Below are positions 11,050 through 18,964 of a stretch of 64,000 bases of DNA, piece by piece; position 1 is the first letter of the stretch, and every line of letters begins with the position of its first letter. Source of the DNA: Hoeflea sp. (GTDB lineage Bacteria > Pseudomonadota > Alphaproteobacteria > Rhizobiales > Rhizobiaceae). The stretch spans positions 5,335 through 69,334 of the forward strand of contig NZ_JAUXOD010000135.1 in assembly GCF_030682515.1 (NCBI RefSeq), given 5' to 3'. The notes beneath the pieces were generated by a model. It ran no database searches. It had not been told where the DNA came from and saw only the letters and a list, made by a program, of their open reading frames with translations. A program made the position numbers and the translations under genes.

Positions 11050-11095
11050 GATCAAGGTCATGGCTGCCACCGGCCCGCCGCTGCGCGTCAGCGGG

Positions 11096-11545
11096 TCATT
11101 CGCCCGTCGAAGACGCGAACTTCGTCGCGAGCGCCTCGGGCAGCCGCCGCGCCCGGCCGAGCCCGTTGACGACCGCAACCGTCACCGAGGCCTTGGCCAG
11201 CACGACGCCGTCGCGGCTGATGCTCTGCTCGAGCTGCATCCGGGCGCCGCGCACCTCGGCGGGCCGGGTCGCGATGGTCAGTATGTCGTCCATGCGCGCC
11301 GGTGACAGGAAGTCGATCTCCATTCGCCGCACCACGAAGGCCACCGCATCGGCCGGATCGGCCCCGGCATGCAGCGCGCCCTGCGAGACGCCGAGCAGGC
11401 GGATGAAGTCGGTGCGCCCACGCTCGAAGAAATGCAGATACCGCGCGTGATAGACGAAGCCGGAAAAATCCGTGTCCTCGTAATAGACCCGCTGCCGGAG
11501 CAGATGGCCGCCTTCACTCAGATGTCCAGACAGCGATTGATCCAT
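11096..11545 (-). CDS. ybgC: Tol-Pal-associated acyl-CoA thioesterase YbgC
   Basis: RVYYEDTDFSGFVYHARYLHFFERGR hot-dog thioesterase motif; upstream of tolQ. Confidence 0.93.
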   Translation of the reverse strand: MDQSLSGHLSEGGHLLRQRVYYEDTDFSGFVYHARYLHFFERGRTDFIRLLGVSQGALHAGADPADAVAFVVRRMEIDFLSPARMDDILTIATRPAEVRGARMQLEQSISRDGVVLAKASVTVAVVNGLGRARRLPEALATKFASSTGE

Positions 11546-11617
11546 GCCCCGTGGCCTCGTTCAGTGATTGGTCCCATTTATCCACAGTGCGGCGAAGCAA
11601 TTGAGACAATCGTCTTT

Positions 11618-11635
11618 CTGTCATAAAACCGATCT
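11618..11635 (+). promoter_or_regulatory. Possible Pho box upstream of sqdB (strong first half-site, weak second)
   Basis: CTGTCAT-AAAA-CCGATCT versus consensus CTGTCAT-N4-CTGTCAT; sulfolipid genes are commonly induced by phosphate limitation. Confidence 0.3.
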
Positions 11636-11673
11636 ATCAGAATGCAAACAGCGCCGGCACAGGAGAATCAACG

Positions 11674-12894
11674 ATGAAAATTGCAATCATGGGCGGCGAC
11701 GGCTTCGTCGGCTGGCCGACATCCCTGCACCTGTCCAATGCCGGGCACGAGGTTCACATCGTCGACAATCTGTCGCGCCGCTGGATCGACACCGAGCTCG
11801 GCGTGCAATCGCTGACGCCGATGGATTCGATCCAGGAACGCACCCGGATCTGGCATGCGGAGACCGGACGGCGGATCCATTTTCACCTGATCGACCTCGC
11901 CAAGGACTACCAGCTCCTGAAGAACTGGCTGGCCGAGGAGCGCCCGGACGCCATCATCCATTTCGCCGAGCAGCGCGCCGCCCCCTACTCGATGAAGAGC
12001 GACCGGCACAAGAACTACACCGTCAACAACAATGTGAGCGCGACCCACAACCTGCTCAACGCAATGGTGGAGCTCGATCTCGACGCGCATCTGGTGCATC
12101 TGGGCACCATGGGCGTCTATGGCTATTCGACCGTGGGGGCCGCGATTCCCGAGGGCTACCTGCCTGTCGGGATCGAGACCATGGATGGCAGGACGGTCAG
12201 CCAGGACATTCTCTACCCGTCCAATCCGGGCTCGATCTACCACATGACCAAGTGCCTCGATCAGCTGATCTTCCAGTTCTACGCCAAGAACGACAGCCTG
12301 CGCATCACCGACCTGCACCAGGGCATCGTCTGGGGCACCCACACCGACCAGACCAGACGCCACGACCAGCTGGTCAACCGCTTCGACTATGACGGCGACT
12401 ATGGCACCGTGCTCAACCGGTTCCTGATCCAGGCGGCGATCGGCTATCCGCTGACGGTGCACGGCACCGGCGGCCAGACCCGCGCCTTCATCCACATCCA
12501 GGATTCGGTGCGCTGCATCGAGATCGCGCTCAACAACCCGCCGGTGCGCGGCTCCAAGGTCGAGATCTTCAACCAGATGACCGAGACCCACCGGGTGCGG
12601 GATCTCGCCCAGATGATCGCCGGCCTGACCGGCGCCGAGATCGCCTGGCTGCCCAACCCGCGCAAGGAAGCGGCCGAGAACGACCTCGTCGTGCGCAACG
12701 AGAAGTTCCTGGGCTTAGGCCTCGAACCGACCACGCTCAAGGAAGGCCTGCTTTCCGAGGTCGTCGACGTGGCGAAGAGATTCGCCTACCGCGTCGACCG
12801 CTCGCGCGTGCCCGCCGTCTCGGCCTGGACCAAGGACATTGCCACCAAGATCAACCGCGACCCGGAAGGCAAGGCCCTGCGGGAGGTGTCTTGA
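11674..12894 (+). CDS. sqdB: UDP-sulfoquinovose synthase
   Basis: GGDGFVGWPTSLHLS, HFAEQRAAPYSM, HLGTMGVYG, YHMTKC, DLHQGIVWG, FDYDGDYGTVLNRF. Confidence 0.93.
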   Translation: MKIAIMGGDGFVGWPTSLHLSNAGHEVHIVDNLSRRWIDTELGVQSLTPMDSIQERTRIWHAETGRRIHFHLIDLAKDYQLLKNWLAEERPDAIIHFAEQRAAPYSMKSDRHKNYTVNNNVSATHNLLNAMVELDLDAHLVHLGTMGVYGYSTVGAAIPEGYLPVGIETMDGRTVSQDILYPSNPGSIYHMTKCLDQLIFQFYAKNDSLRITDLHQGIVWGTHTDQTRRHDQLVNRFDYDGDYGTVLNRFLIQAAIGYPLTVHGTGGQTRAFIHIQDSVRCIEIALNNPPVRGSKVEIFNQMTETHRVRDLAQMIAGLTGAEIAWLPNPRKEAAENDLVVRNEKFLGLGLEPTTLKEGLLSEVVDVAKRFAYRVDRSRVPAVSAWTKDIATKINRDPEGKALREVS

Positions 12895-13778
12895 CGGACG
12901 GCAGCGCCGCTCGGGAGGGCGTGCGGCCCGAAACCGCCGCCCGATCCGCCCATGCCTTCGTGACGCTGGTGACCAATGCCGATTACGCCATGGGGGCGCT
13001 GGCGCTGGCCCGCTCGATCGGGCTGACGAAGACCACCGCCGACATTGTCGTGCTTTACACCGGCGGCGTGGACGGAGCGGACCTGAAGCCGCTCGCGGGG
13101 CTCGGCTGCCGGCTGGTCGATGTCGATCACCTGGATCTGTCGGACGGCTTCAACGCGCGCCATGCCCGCGGCAACCTGCATGCGGCCGCCCCCTTCGCCA
13201 AGGGTCGCAAGCCGGCCTTCCACTCGCCGCTCGACAATTTCTGCAAGCTCCGTCTCTGGCAGCTGACCGAATACGAGACCTGTGTCTTCATCGACGCCGA
13301 CGCGCTGGTGCTGCGCAACATCGACCGGCTGTTTGCCTATCCCGAGTTTTCCGCCGCCCCCAATGTCTATGAGAGCCTCGAGGATTTCAAACGCCTCAAT
13401 TCCGGTGTCTTCGTCGCCCGCCCCTCGGCCGAGACCTTCGCCGCCATGCTCGAAAGACTCGACCAGCCCGACATCTTCTGGCGGCGCACCGACCAGACAT
13501 TCCTCGAGACGTTCTTCCCCGACTGGCATGGCCTGCCGGTCTACATGAACATGCTGCAATATGTCTGGTTCAACCTGCCGGAATTGTGGGACTGGAAACA
13601 GATCGGGGTGCTGCATTACCAGTACGAGAAACCCTGGGAAGCAAACCATCCCAAGGCCGACCGGCTCGAACCGCTGATCGCGCTCTGGCATGCCTATCAT
13701 GAGGGCACGGCGATCCCCGACATCGCCGCCCTCGCCGGCCCCTCCGGCCGCGTGACCCGAGGATCCGAAGTGGCATGA
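12891..13778 (+). CDS. sqdD: Sulfolipid glycosyltransferase (GT8 family)
   Basis: AFVTLVTNADY, NFCKLRLWQL, DAD motif, NSGVF, DQTFL, HYQYEKPW. TTG start overlaps the sqdB stop, with GGAGG upstream. Confidence 0.88.
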   Translation: MTDGSAAREGVRPETAARSAHAFVTLVTNADYAMGALALARSIGLTKTTADIVVLYTGGVDGADLKPLAGLGCRLVDVDHLDLSDGFNARHARGNLHAAAPFAKGRKPAFHSPLDNFCKLRLWQLTEYETCVFIDADALVLRNIDRLFAYPEFSAAPNVYESLEDFKRLNSGVFVARPSAETFAAMLERLDQPDIFWRRTDQTFLETFFPDWHGLPVYMNMLQYVWFNLPELWDWKQIGVLHYQYEKPWEANHPKADRLEPLIALWHAYHEGTAIPDIAALAGPSGRVTRGSEVA

Positions 13779-14662
13779 AGGCGCTCGTCACCGGCGGCAG
13801 CGGGCTTGTCGGGCGTTACATCGTCGAGACATTGCTGGCGGCGGGTTACGAGGTCGCGGTCGCCGGGCGAACGCCTCCCCCAAGCGACCTGTTTTCCGCC
13901 CCCATCGGCTTTCGCGCCTTCACGCTGGATGCTGGCGACCATCCGGACACCCTGTTCGAGGGCGCAACCAGCCTTGTCCACGCCGCCTTCGATCACATCC
14001 CCGGCCGCTACCGGGGTGGCGAAGGCGATGAGCCGGAGGTGTTCCGCAAGCGCAATCTCGGGGGATCGGTGCGCCTGTTCGAGGCGGCGAAACGCGCGGG
14101 CCTCTGCCGCGCCGTGTTTCTGTCGAGCCGCGCGGTCTATGACGGCGCACCTGCGGGCGTAGCTCTCACCGAGGATACGGACCTCGCGCCGGCAAGCCTC
14201 TATGGCGAAGTCAAGCTTCAGTGCGAACGGGCGCTTTCAGCCCTCGATGGGCCGGATTTCTGCACCGCCAGCCTGCGGCTGACCGGGGTCTACGGGGATC
14301 TGCGGCCGAACAAATGGGACGGGTTGATTGCCGAGTATCTGGCAGGCAGGCCGGTTCCGGTCCGCGCCGGGTCCGAGGTCCACGGCCGCGACGTGGGGCG
14401 GGCGGTGCGGCTGATGCTGGAGGCGGACGCCGCGCGCGTCGGCGGCGAAGCATTCAATGTTTCCGACCTGGTCGTCGACACGCACGACATCCTGTCGGCG
14501 ATCAAGCAGGCGAGCGGGTCTGCGCATCCCCTGCCCGGTCGCGCCGACACGGCGGCGGTCGCGGAGATGGCGTGCGGCAAGATCCGCCGGCTCGGCTGGA
14601 AGCCCGGCGGAAGGGACCTGCTTGCCGCGACTCTGGCGGGCCTGGCGAGGTCCGAGGCCTGA
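13775..14662 (+). CDS. sqdC: Sulfolipid biosynthesis NAD-dependent epimerase/reductase
   Basis: VTGGSGLVG Rossmann motif, SSRAVY, YGEVK; third gene of the sqdBDC arrangement with ATGA overlap. Confidence 0.82.
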   Translation: MKALVTGGSGLVGRYIVETLLAAGYEVAVAGRTPPPSDLFSAPIGFRAFTLDAGDHPDTLFEGATSLVHAAFDHIPGRYRGGEGDEPEVFRKRNLGGSVRLFEAAKRAGLCRAVFLSSRAVYDGAPAGVALTEDTDLAPASLYGEVKLQCERALSALDGPDFCTASLRLTGVYGDLRPNKWDGLIAEYLAGRPVPVRAGSEVHGRDVGRAVRLMLEADAARVGGEAFNVSDLVVDTHDILSAIKQASGSAHPLPGRADTAAVAEMACGKIRRLGWKPGGRDLLAATLAGLARSEA

Positions 14663-14666
14663 GGGG

Positions 14667-15176
14667 TCAGAGTTTGCCGTCGTCCCAGATGATGTGTTCC
14701 GTCGTGCCGGGCAGACTCTCGATGCGATCGGCCAGAAACACCGGCGGCAGCGGCAGCGCCTCGAGGCAGGCGCGGGTGGCCGGAACCCATTTGAACTCCA
14801 GATGGTTCTTGCCGTCGGCATTCTCGTGCACGATGCGGCCGTCTGGGGCGTAGGGAAAGCTCTGCGGAATGTCCATGAGGTAATACCAGCCGACCTCGTG
14901 CCAGTCCCGGTCTTCGAAGTGGAAGAAATTCTCGACCAGGAACACCAGCCGTCCGACCGTCACCGTGACGCCGAGTTCCTCCTCCATTTCGCGCACAAGG
15001 GTCGTGCGGCTGTCCTCGCCCAGTTCCGCGGTCCCGCCGGGAATGGTCCAGAACGGCTCATGCACCGCCCGGTGGACCAGAAGATGGCCGTCGCGCAGCG
15101 CAAGTCCGGCCACCCGCGCATTGAAGCGGCGTCCCTGGTCGTTGAAGCGGATGGTCTTGCGACTCTTGTGGCTCAT
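14667..15176 (-). CDS. NUDIX hydrolase
   Basis: Nudix box [25 protein letters not shown]; its ATG overlaps the ruvB stop (ATGA). Confidence 0.88.
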   Translation of the reverse strand: MSHKSRKTIRFNDQGRRFNARVAGLALRDGHLLVHRAVHEPFWTIPGGTAELGEDSRTTLVREMEEELGVTVTVGRLVFLVENFFHFEDRDWHEVGWYYLMDIPQSFPYAPDGRIVHENADGKNHLEFKWVPATRACLEALPLPPVFLADRIESLPGTTEHIIWDDGKL

Positions 15177-16210
15177 TCTTCTTCAAACAGGCTCGCCTGG
15201 GTGGCGGCGAGATCCCTGGGCGGATTGAGCCCCATATGCCCCCAGGCCCGCGCCGTCAGCACCCGGCCGCGCGGCGTGCGCTGCAGGAATCCCTGCTGGA
15301 TCAGATAGGGCTCGATGATGTCCTCGATGGCGTCGCGCGGCTCCGACAGCCCGGCGGCGATGGTTTCGATCCCCACCGGCCCGCCGCCGAAATTGCGCAC
15401 GATCATGTCGAGATAGCGCCGGTCGAGCTGGTCGAGCCCGATGCTGTCGACCAGCAGCCGGGTCAGCGCCTCGTCGGCGATGGTCTTCGTGACCGCCTCG
15501 ACCTTGGCCACTTCGGCGAAATCGCGCACGCGCCGCAGGAGTCGCCCGGCGATGCGCGGCGTGCCGCGCGCACGGCGGGCGATCTCGAGCGCGCCGTCAT
15601 CGGTCATGCCGAGCCCCATGATCCGCGCGCCGCGGCGCACGATCAGCTCGAGTTCGGGCACGGTGTAGAACTGCAGCCGCACAGGAATGCCGAACCGGTC
15701 CCGCAAGGGCGTGGTCAGCAGCCCGAGCCGCGTGGTGGCGGCCACCAGCGTGAACCGCGACAGGTCGATCTTGACCGAGCGCGCCGCCGGCCCCTCGCCG
15801 ATGATCAGGTCGAGCTGGAAGTCCTCCATCGCCGGATAGAGAATTTCCTCGACGGCCGGGCTCAGCCTATGGATCTCGTCGATGAACAGCACGTCGCGGT
15901 CCTCGAGATTGGTGAGCAGTGCGGCGAGATCGCCGGCCTTGGCGATCACCGGGCCGGAGGTGGATCGGAAATTGACGCCCAGCTCCTTGGCCATGATCTG
16001 CGCCAGCGTGGTCTTGCCGAGACCCGGAGGGCCCACGAACAGCACGTGGTCGAGCGCTTCGCCCCGGCCCTTGGCGGCTTCAATAAACACCTTCAGATTG
16101 GCCCGCGCCTCGGCCTGGCCGGTGAACTCGTCGAGCGTTTGCGGGCGAAGGGTGGTGTCAAAATCCTCGCCGCGCTTGTCGGGGGTGATCAGGCGTTCGG
16201 CGTCGCTCAT
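15173..16210 (-). CDS. ruvB: Holliday junction branch migration helicase RuvB
   Basis: [60 protein letters not shown]. Start set at MSDAERL (ATG 16210). Confidence 0.97.
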   Translation of the reverse strand: MSDAERLITPDKRGEDFDTTLRPQTLDEFTGQAEARANLKVFIEAAKGRGEALDHVLFVGPPGLGKTTLAQIMAKELGVNFRSTSGPVIAKAGDLAALLTNLEDRDVLFIDEIHRLSPAVEEILYPAMEDFQLDLIIGEGPAARSVKIDLSRFTLVAATTRLGLLTTPLRDRFGIPVRLQFYTVPELELIVRRGARIMGLGMTDDGALEIARRARGTPRIAGRLLRRVRDFAEVAKVEAVTKTIADEALTRLLVDSIGLDQLDRRYLDMIVRNFGGGPVGIETIAAGLSEPRDAIEDIIEPYLIQQGFLQRTPRGRVLTARAWGHMGLNPPRDLAATQASLFEEE

Positions 16211-16602
16211 GAGAGGAACTCCATGCCGGGCACCTGTTTCGACGCCAGTTTGTCGAACGTGACCGTGTGGCTGCATCCGGCTTTCGCGGACGTCCATGCA
16301 ACGAAATAGTCCGCGATGTCGGCCGCGGGTTCGCCCGCCCTCAGCAAGGCGTCGAGTTCTTCCGTCATCTCGATCACGAGCCCGTCGCTGGCCAGCAGAT
16401 CACGCAGAATGCGGGTCACATCCGTCATCGGATACTTCAGCCGGCGGTTCAAGACCCAGACCGTCTCGGCAACAACGATGGCGCTGACATAAGCGGGATC
16501 ATCGGCGTTCCGGCTGCCAAGCCAGCGCCTGGCTGTCAGTCTCTGGTCGCTCTCGTCCTCCACAAGAAACCGAACGAGGATATTGGTATCGATGCCGATC
16601 AC
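16207..16602 (-). CDS. vapC: PIN-domain (VapC-like) toxin of TA module 2
   Basis: [28 protein letters not shown]: PIN acidic residues appear intact. GTG 16602 overlaps the antitoxin TGA; the toxin TGA overlaps the ruvB ATG. Confidence 0.88.
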   Translation of the reverse strand: MIGIDTNILVRFLVEDESDQRLTARRWLGSRNADDPAYVSAIVVAETVWVLNRRLKYPMTDVTRILRDLLASDGLVIEMTEELDALLRAGEPAADIADYFVAWTSAKAGCSHTVTFDKLASKQVPGMEFLS

Positions 16603-16883
16603 TCTGTTGCTTCCTGCCATTCGGACACGGTCCGACGTTCATCTTCGGCCACAGCGTCCATGACGGCCTCCCGCATCTGTTCGATCGTCAGGGTTTCACC
16701 ACTCGGCGGCTTGCCAAGCGCCCCTGCAAGGTCGGCGAGTTTCTTGTTCTTCGGCACAGCCACGACATGACCATCGTAGGTGGTCACGTAAAACTGTGTC
16801 CCTGCCGTCAGGTTCAATTCATCCCGAACGTTCTTGGGGATGGTCAACTGACCCTTCGAGGTCATGGTGGTGAGGGCGCCCAT
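16599..16883 (-). CDS. AbrB/MazE/SpoVT-family antitoxin of TA module 2
   Basis: MTSKGQLTIPKNVRDELNL swapped-hairpin motif; AGAGG RBS. Confidence 0.88.
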   Translation of the reverse strand: MGALTTMTSKGQLTIPKNVRDELNLTAGTQFYVTTYDGHVVAVPKNKKLADLAGALGKPPSGETLTIEQMREAVMDAVAEDERRTVSEWQEATE

Positions 16884-16884
16884 T

Positions 16885-16946
16885 ATTCTTACCTCTCGAA
16901 AAAATTCTTACACCTTCAGTTTAGTAAGAATATCGTCGTAGAACAA
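16885..16946 (-). promoter_or_regulatory. Internal sigma70-type promoter and repeated operator of TA module 2
   Basis: Minus strand TTGTTC (16946-16941)-17 nt-TAAACT (16923-16918). ATTCTTAC occurs at 16885-16892 and 16904-16911, with its inverse GTAAGAAT at 16924-16931. Confidence 0.65.
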
Positions 16947-16947
16947 C

Positions 16948-17565
16948 TCACCGCGCCAGCTCCTTCAACCCCAGCCGGATCAACCTGGCCGAATCGGGAT
17001 TCTCGCCGGCATTCTTCAGCGCGGCGGCGACCGCGGTGGCGGCCTGATCGCGGGAATAGCCGAGATTGGAAAGCGCCGAAACCGCGTCCGCCACCGGCGC
17101 GGGCGCGACGCCTTCGCCGAGTTCCTGCCTGAGGCCCATGGCGCCGCCGGCCTCGCCCGAATAGGCCGGCGCCTTGGTCTTGAGCTCGGTGACGATGCGC
17201 TGCGCCACCTTGGGCCCGATGCCCGGGGCGCGGGCGATCATCGCCTTGTCCTGAAGCGCGATGGCATTGGCGAGATCGGAGGTCGTCAGCGTCGAGAGGA
17301 CCGCGAGCGCCACCTTGGCGCCCACCCCCTGGACGCTCTGCAAGAGCCGGAACCACTCCCGCTCCAGGACCGTCTCGAAGCCGAACAGCCGCAGTTGGTC
17401 CTCGCGCACATAGGTCTCGATGTGGAGCACCGCCGCCTCGCCCACCGATCCGAGCCGCGACAGCGTGCGGGTCGAGCAATAGGCCACGTAGCAGACGCCG
17501 TGCACGTCGATCAGCACGTGGTCGTCCGCAATTTCTTCTATGCTGCCTTTGAGTTTGCCGATCAT
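16948..17565 (-). CDS. ruvA: Holliday junction branch migration protein RuvA
   Basis: [62 protein letters not shown]. Start at ATG 17565. Confidence 0.97.
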   Translation of the reverse strand: MIGKLKGSIEEIADDHVLIDVHGVCYVAYCSTRTLSRLGSVGEAAVLHIETYVREDQLRLFGFETVLEREWFRLLQSVQGVGAKVALAVLSTLTTSDLANAIALQDKAMIARAPGIGPKVAQRIVTELKTKAPAYSGEAGGAMGLRQELGEGVAPAPVADAVSALSNLGYSRDQAATAVAAALKNAGENPDSARLIRLGLKELAR

Positions 17566-17975
17566 GGGTGCGTATCCGGAGCTATGATGTCGAGCGTCGG
17601 GAAATAGCTGCGGTAGCCGGCGGGATCGCGCGTCAACAGCCGGTGACCCCGAACCACCGCATGGGCGCCGATCAGGAAATCGGGCAAAGTGCGCTCGCGG
17701 CTGCCGCCATTGTTGCGGTAGATCCGGAAGGCCCTCCCCGCCGCGAAAGCCGAACCCCATGGAAGGTGCTCACGCTGGAACTCGGAAGGATCGAGCAGCG
17801 CATCAACCTCTTCCACCGACTCGTAGCGGTAGGAAAATTCACTGAAGATCACCGGATTGATGACCAGAGCGCCCTTCTTGAGCGCCTCCGCCATCCGGCC
17901 GCGCGACCAGTCCCGCCACTCCGGATCGCGAAAGGCGACATCGATCAGGACATTTGTATCGACCAGGGTCGCCAT
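17562..17975 (-). CDS. vapC: PIN-domain (VapC-like) toxin of TA module 1
   Basis: [36 protein letters not shown]. Its TGA overlaps the ruvA ATG. Confidence 0.9.
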   Translation of the reverse strand: MATLVDTNVLIDVAFRDPEWRDWSRGRMAEALKKGALVINPVIFSEFSYRYESVEEVDALLDPSEFQREHLPWGSAFAAGRAFRIYRNNGGSRERTLPDFLIGAHAVVRGHRLLTRDPAGYRSYFPTLDIIAPDTHP

Positions 17976-17978
17976 GTC

Positions 17979-18230
17979 CTAGCGATCCCGCGTTTCGCGC
18001 ATCACGTCGTCCGCGCTGAGCGTCGGATCGCCGGTGCCCTCGAGCCGGTCGAGCGCGGCAAGAAACCGCGCCAGGCGCTGCTTGTCGGCCTTCCGTTCGC
18101 TGCCATCCTTGGCTTCGAGGAAAATCCGGCCGCCTTCCACAGAGAAGACAACCTCGCTGTTGGCCTTAATTCCTGCCAGATCGCGAAGGTTCTTCGGGAT
18201 CGTCACCTGACCTTTTTCCGAAACGCGCAC
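17979..18230 (-). CDS. AbrB/MazE/SpoVT-family antitoxin of TA module 1
   Basis: RVSEKGQVTIPKNLRD motif; GTG start with GGAG upstream; ends 3 nt before the toxin ATG. Confidence 0.88.
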   Translation of the reverse strand: MRVSEKGQVTIPKNLRDLAGIKANSEVVFSVEGGRIFLEAKDGSERKADKQRLARFLAALDRLEGTGDPTLSADDVMRETRDR

Positions 18231-18243
18231 CTTATCACTCCAA

Positions 18244-18286
18244 GTCTGAATAATTCCAACTTATTCCGACCTGCAGAACACGTCAA
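18244..18286 (-). promoter_or_regulatory. Internal sigma70-type promoter and palindromic operator of TA module 1
   Basis: Minus strand TTGACG (18286-18281)-17 nt-TAAGTT (18263-18258). Inverted repeat GTC-T-GAATAA-N7-TTATTC-C-GAC at 18244-18270 overlaps the -10. Confidence 0.7.
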
Positions 18287-18290
18287 GAAC
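18276..18290. promoter_or_regulatory. LexA (SOS) box, alphaproteobacterial type
   Basis: GAAC acgtcaa GAAC, i.e. GTTC-TTGACGT-GTTC on the coding strand: a perfect match to the established GTTC-N7-GTTC consensus, enclosing the -35. Confidence 0.75.
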
Positions 18291-18297
18291 AAATCTG

Positions 18298-18804
18298 TCA
18301 CTCAGCCGCCATGCGCCAGGCCGGCGATGTGCGGTGATGGGCGTGGCAGATGGCGATTGCCAGCGCGTCGGCGGCGTGATCGCTGTCGAACGTGGCCTTG
18401 GGCATCAGCACCCTGACCATCATGTGGATCTGCTTCTTGTCGCCGTGGCCCACGCCGATGACCGCCTTCTTGACCGCGTTCGGCGCATATTCAGCGACAC
18501 GCAGGCCCGCCCGCGCCGGCACCACCATGGCGATGCCGCGCGCCTGGCCGAGCTTCAGGGTGGCGGTGGCGTCCTTGTTGACGAAGGTGTTCTCGACCGC
18601 CGCCTCGAACGGCTGGTAGAAGTGCAGCACGCTTTCCAGGCCATCATAGAGCTGCTTGAGCCTTGAGGCGAGATCGAGCTTGCCGTCAGACTTGACCGTG
18701 CCCGACGCGATGAAGCGCAGCGAATTGCCGAGCGTTTCGACAACGCCCCAGCCGCTGTTCCTGAGCCCGGGATCAATACCGATAATCCGAATCGCTTCCG
18801 CCAT
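18298..18804 (-). CDS. ruvC: Crossover junction endodeoxyribonuclease RuvC
   Basis: [65 protein letters not shown] 18804 (TTG 18810 is an alternative). Confidence 0.97.
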   Translation of the reverse strand: MAEAIRIIGIDPGLRNSGWGVVETLGNSLRFIASGTVKSDGKLDLASRLKQLYDGLESVLHFYQPFEAAVENTFVNKDATATLKLGQARGIAMVVPARAGLRVAEYAPNAVKKAVIGVGHGDKKQIHMMVRVLMPKATFDSDHAADALAIAICHAHHRTSPAWRMAAE

Positions 18805-18849
18805 GCCCAAATCCTATCCGTGACGGATCGAGCTTTCCATCACAAAGGT

Positions 18850-18864
18850 GAACAAACCAAAAAC
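18850..18864. promoter_or_regulatory. Probable LexA box upstream of ruvC (1 mismatch)
   Basis: GAAC aaaccaa AAAC, i.e. GTTT-TTGGTTT-GTTC on the ruvC strand, 46 bp upstream of the ATG. Confidence 0.5.
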
Positions 18865-18964
18865 AAATGCGCTCACGCAAACGTGCGTTTTGCATTCTTG
18901 CGACAGACACCTACATGGAGGCAACCCAAGACGCTTGCGTTTTCAGCCCAGGAAAGTTTTTCAT

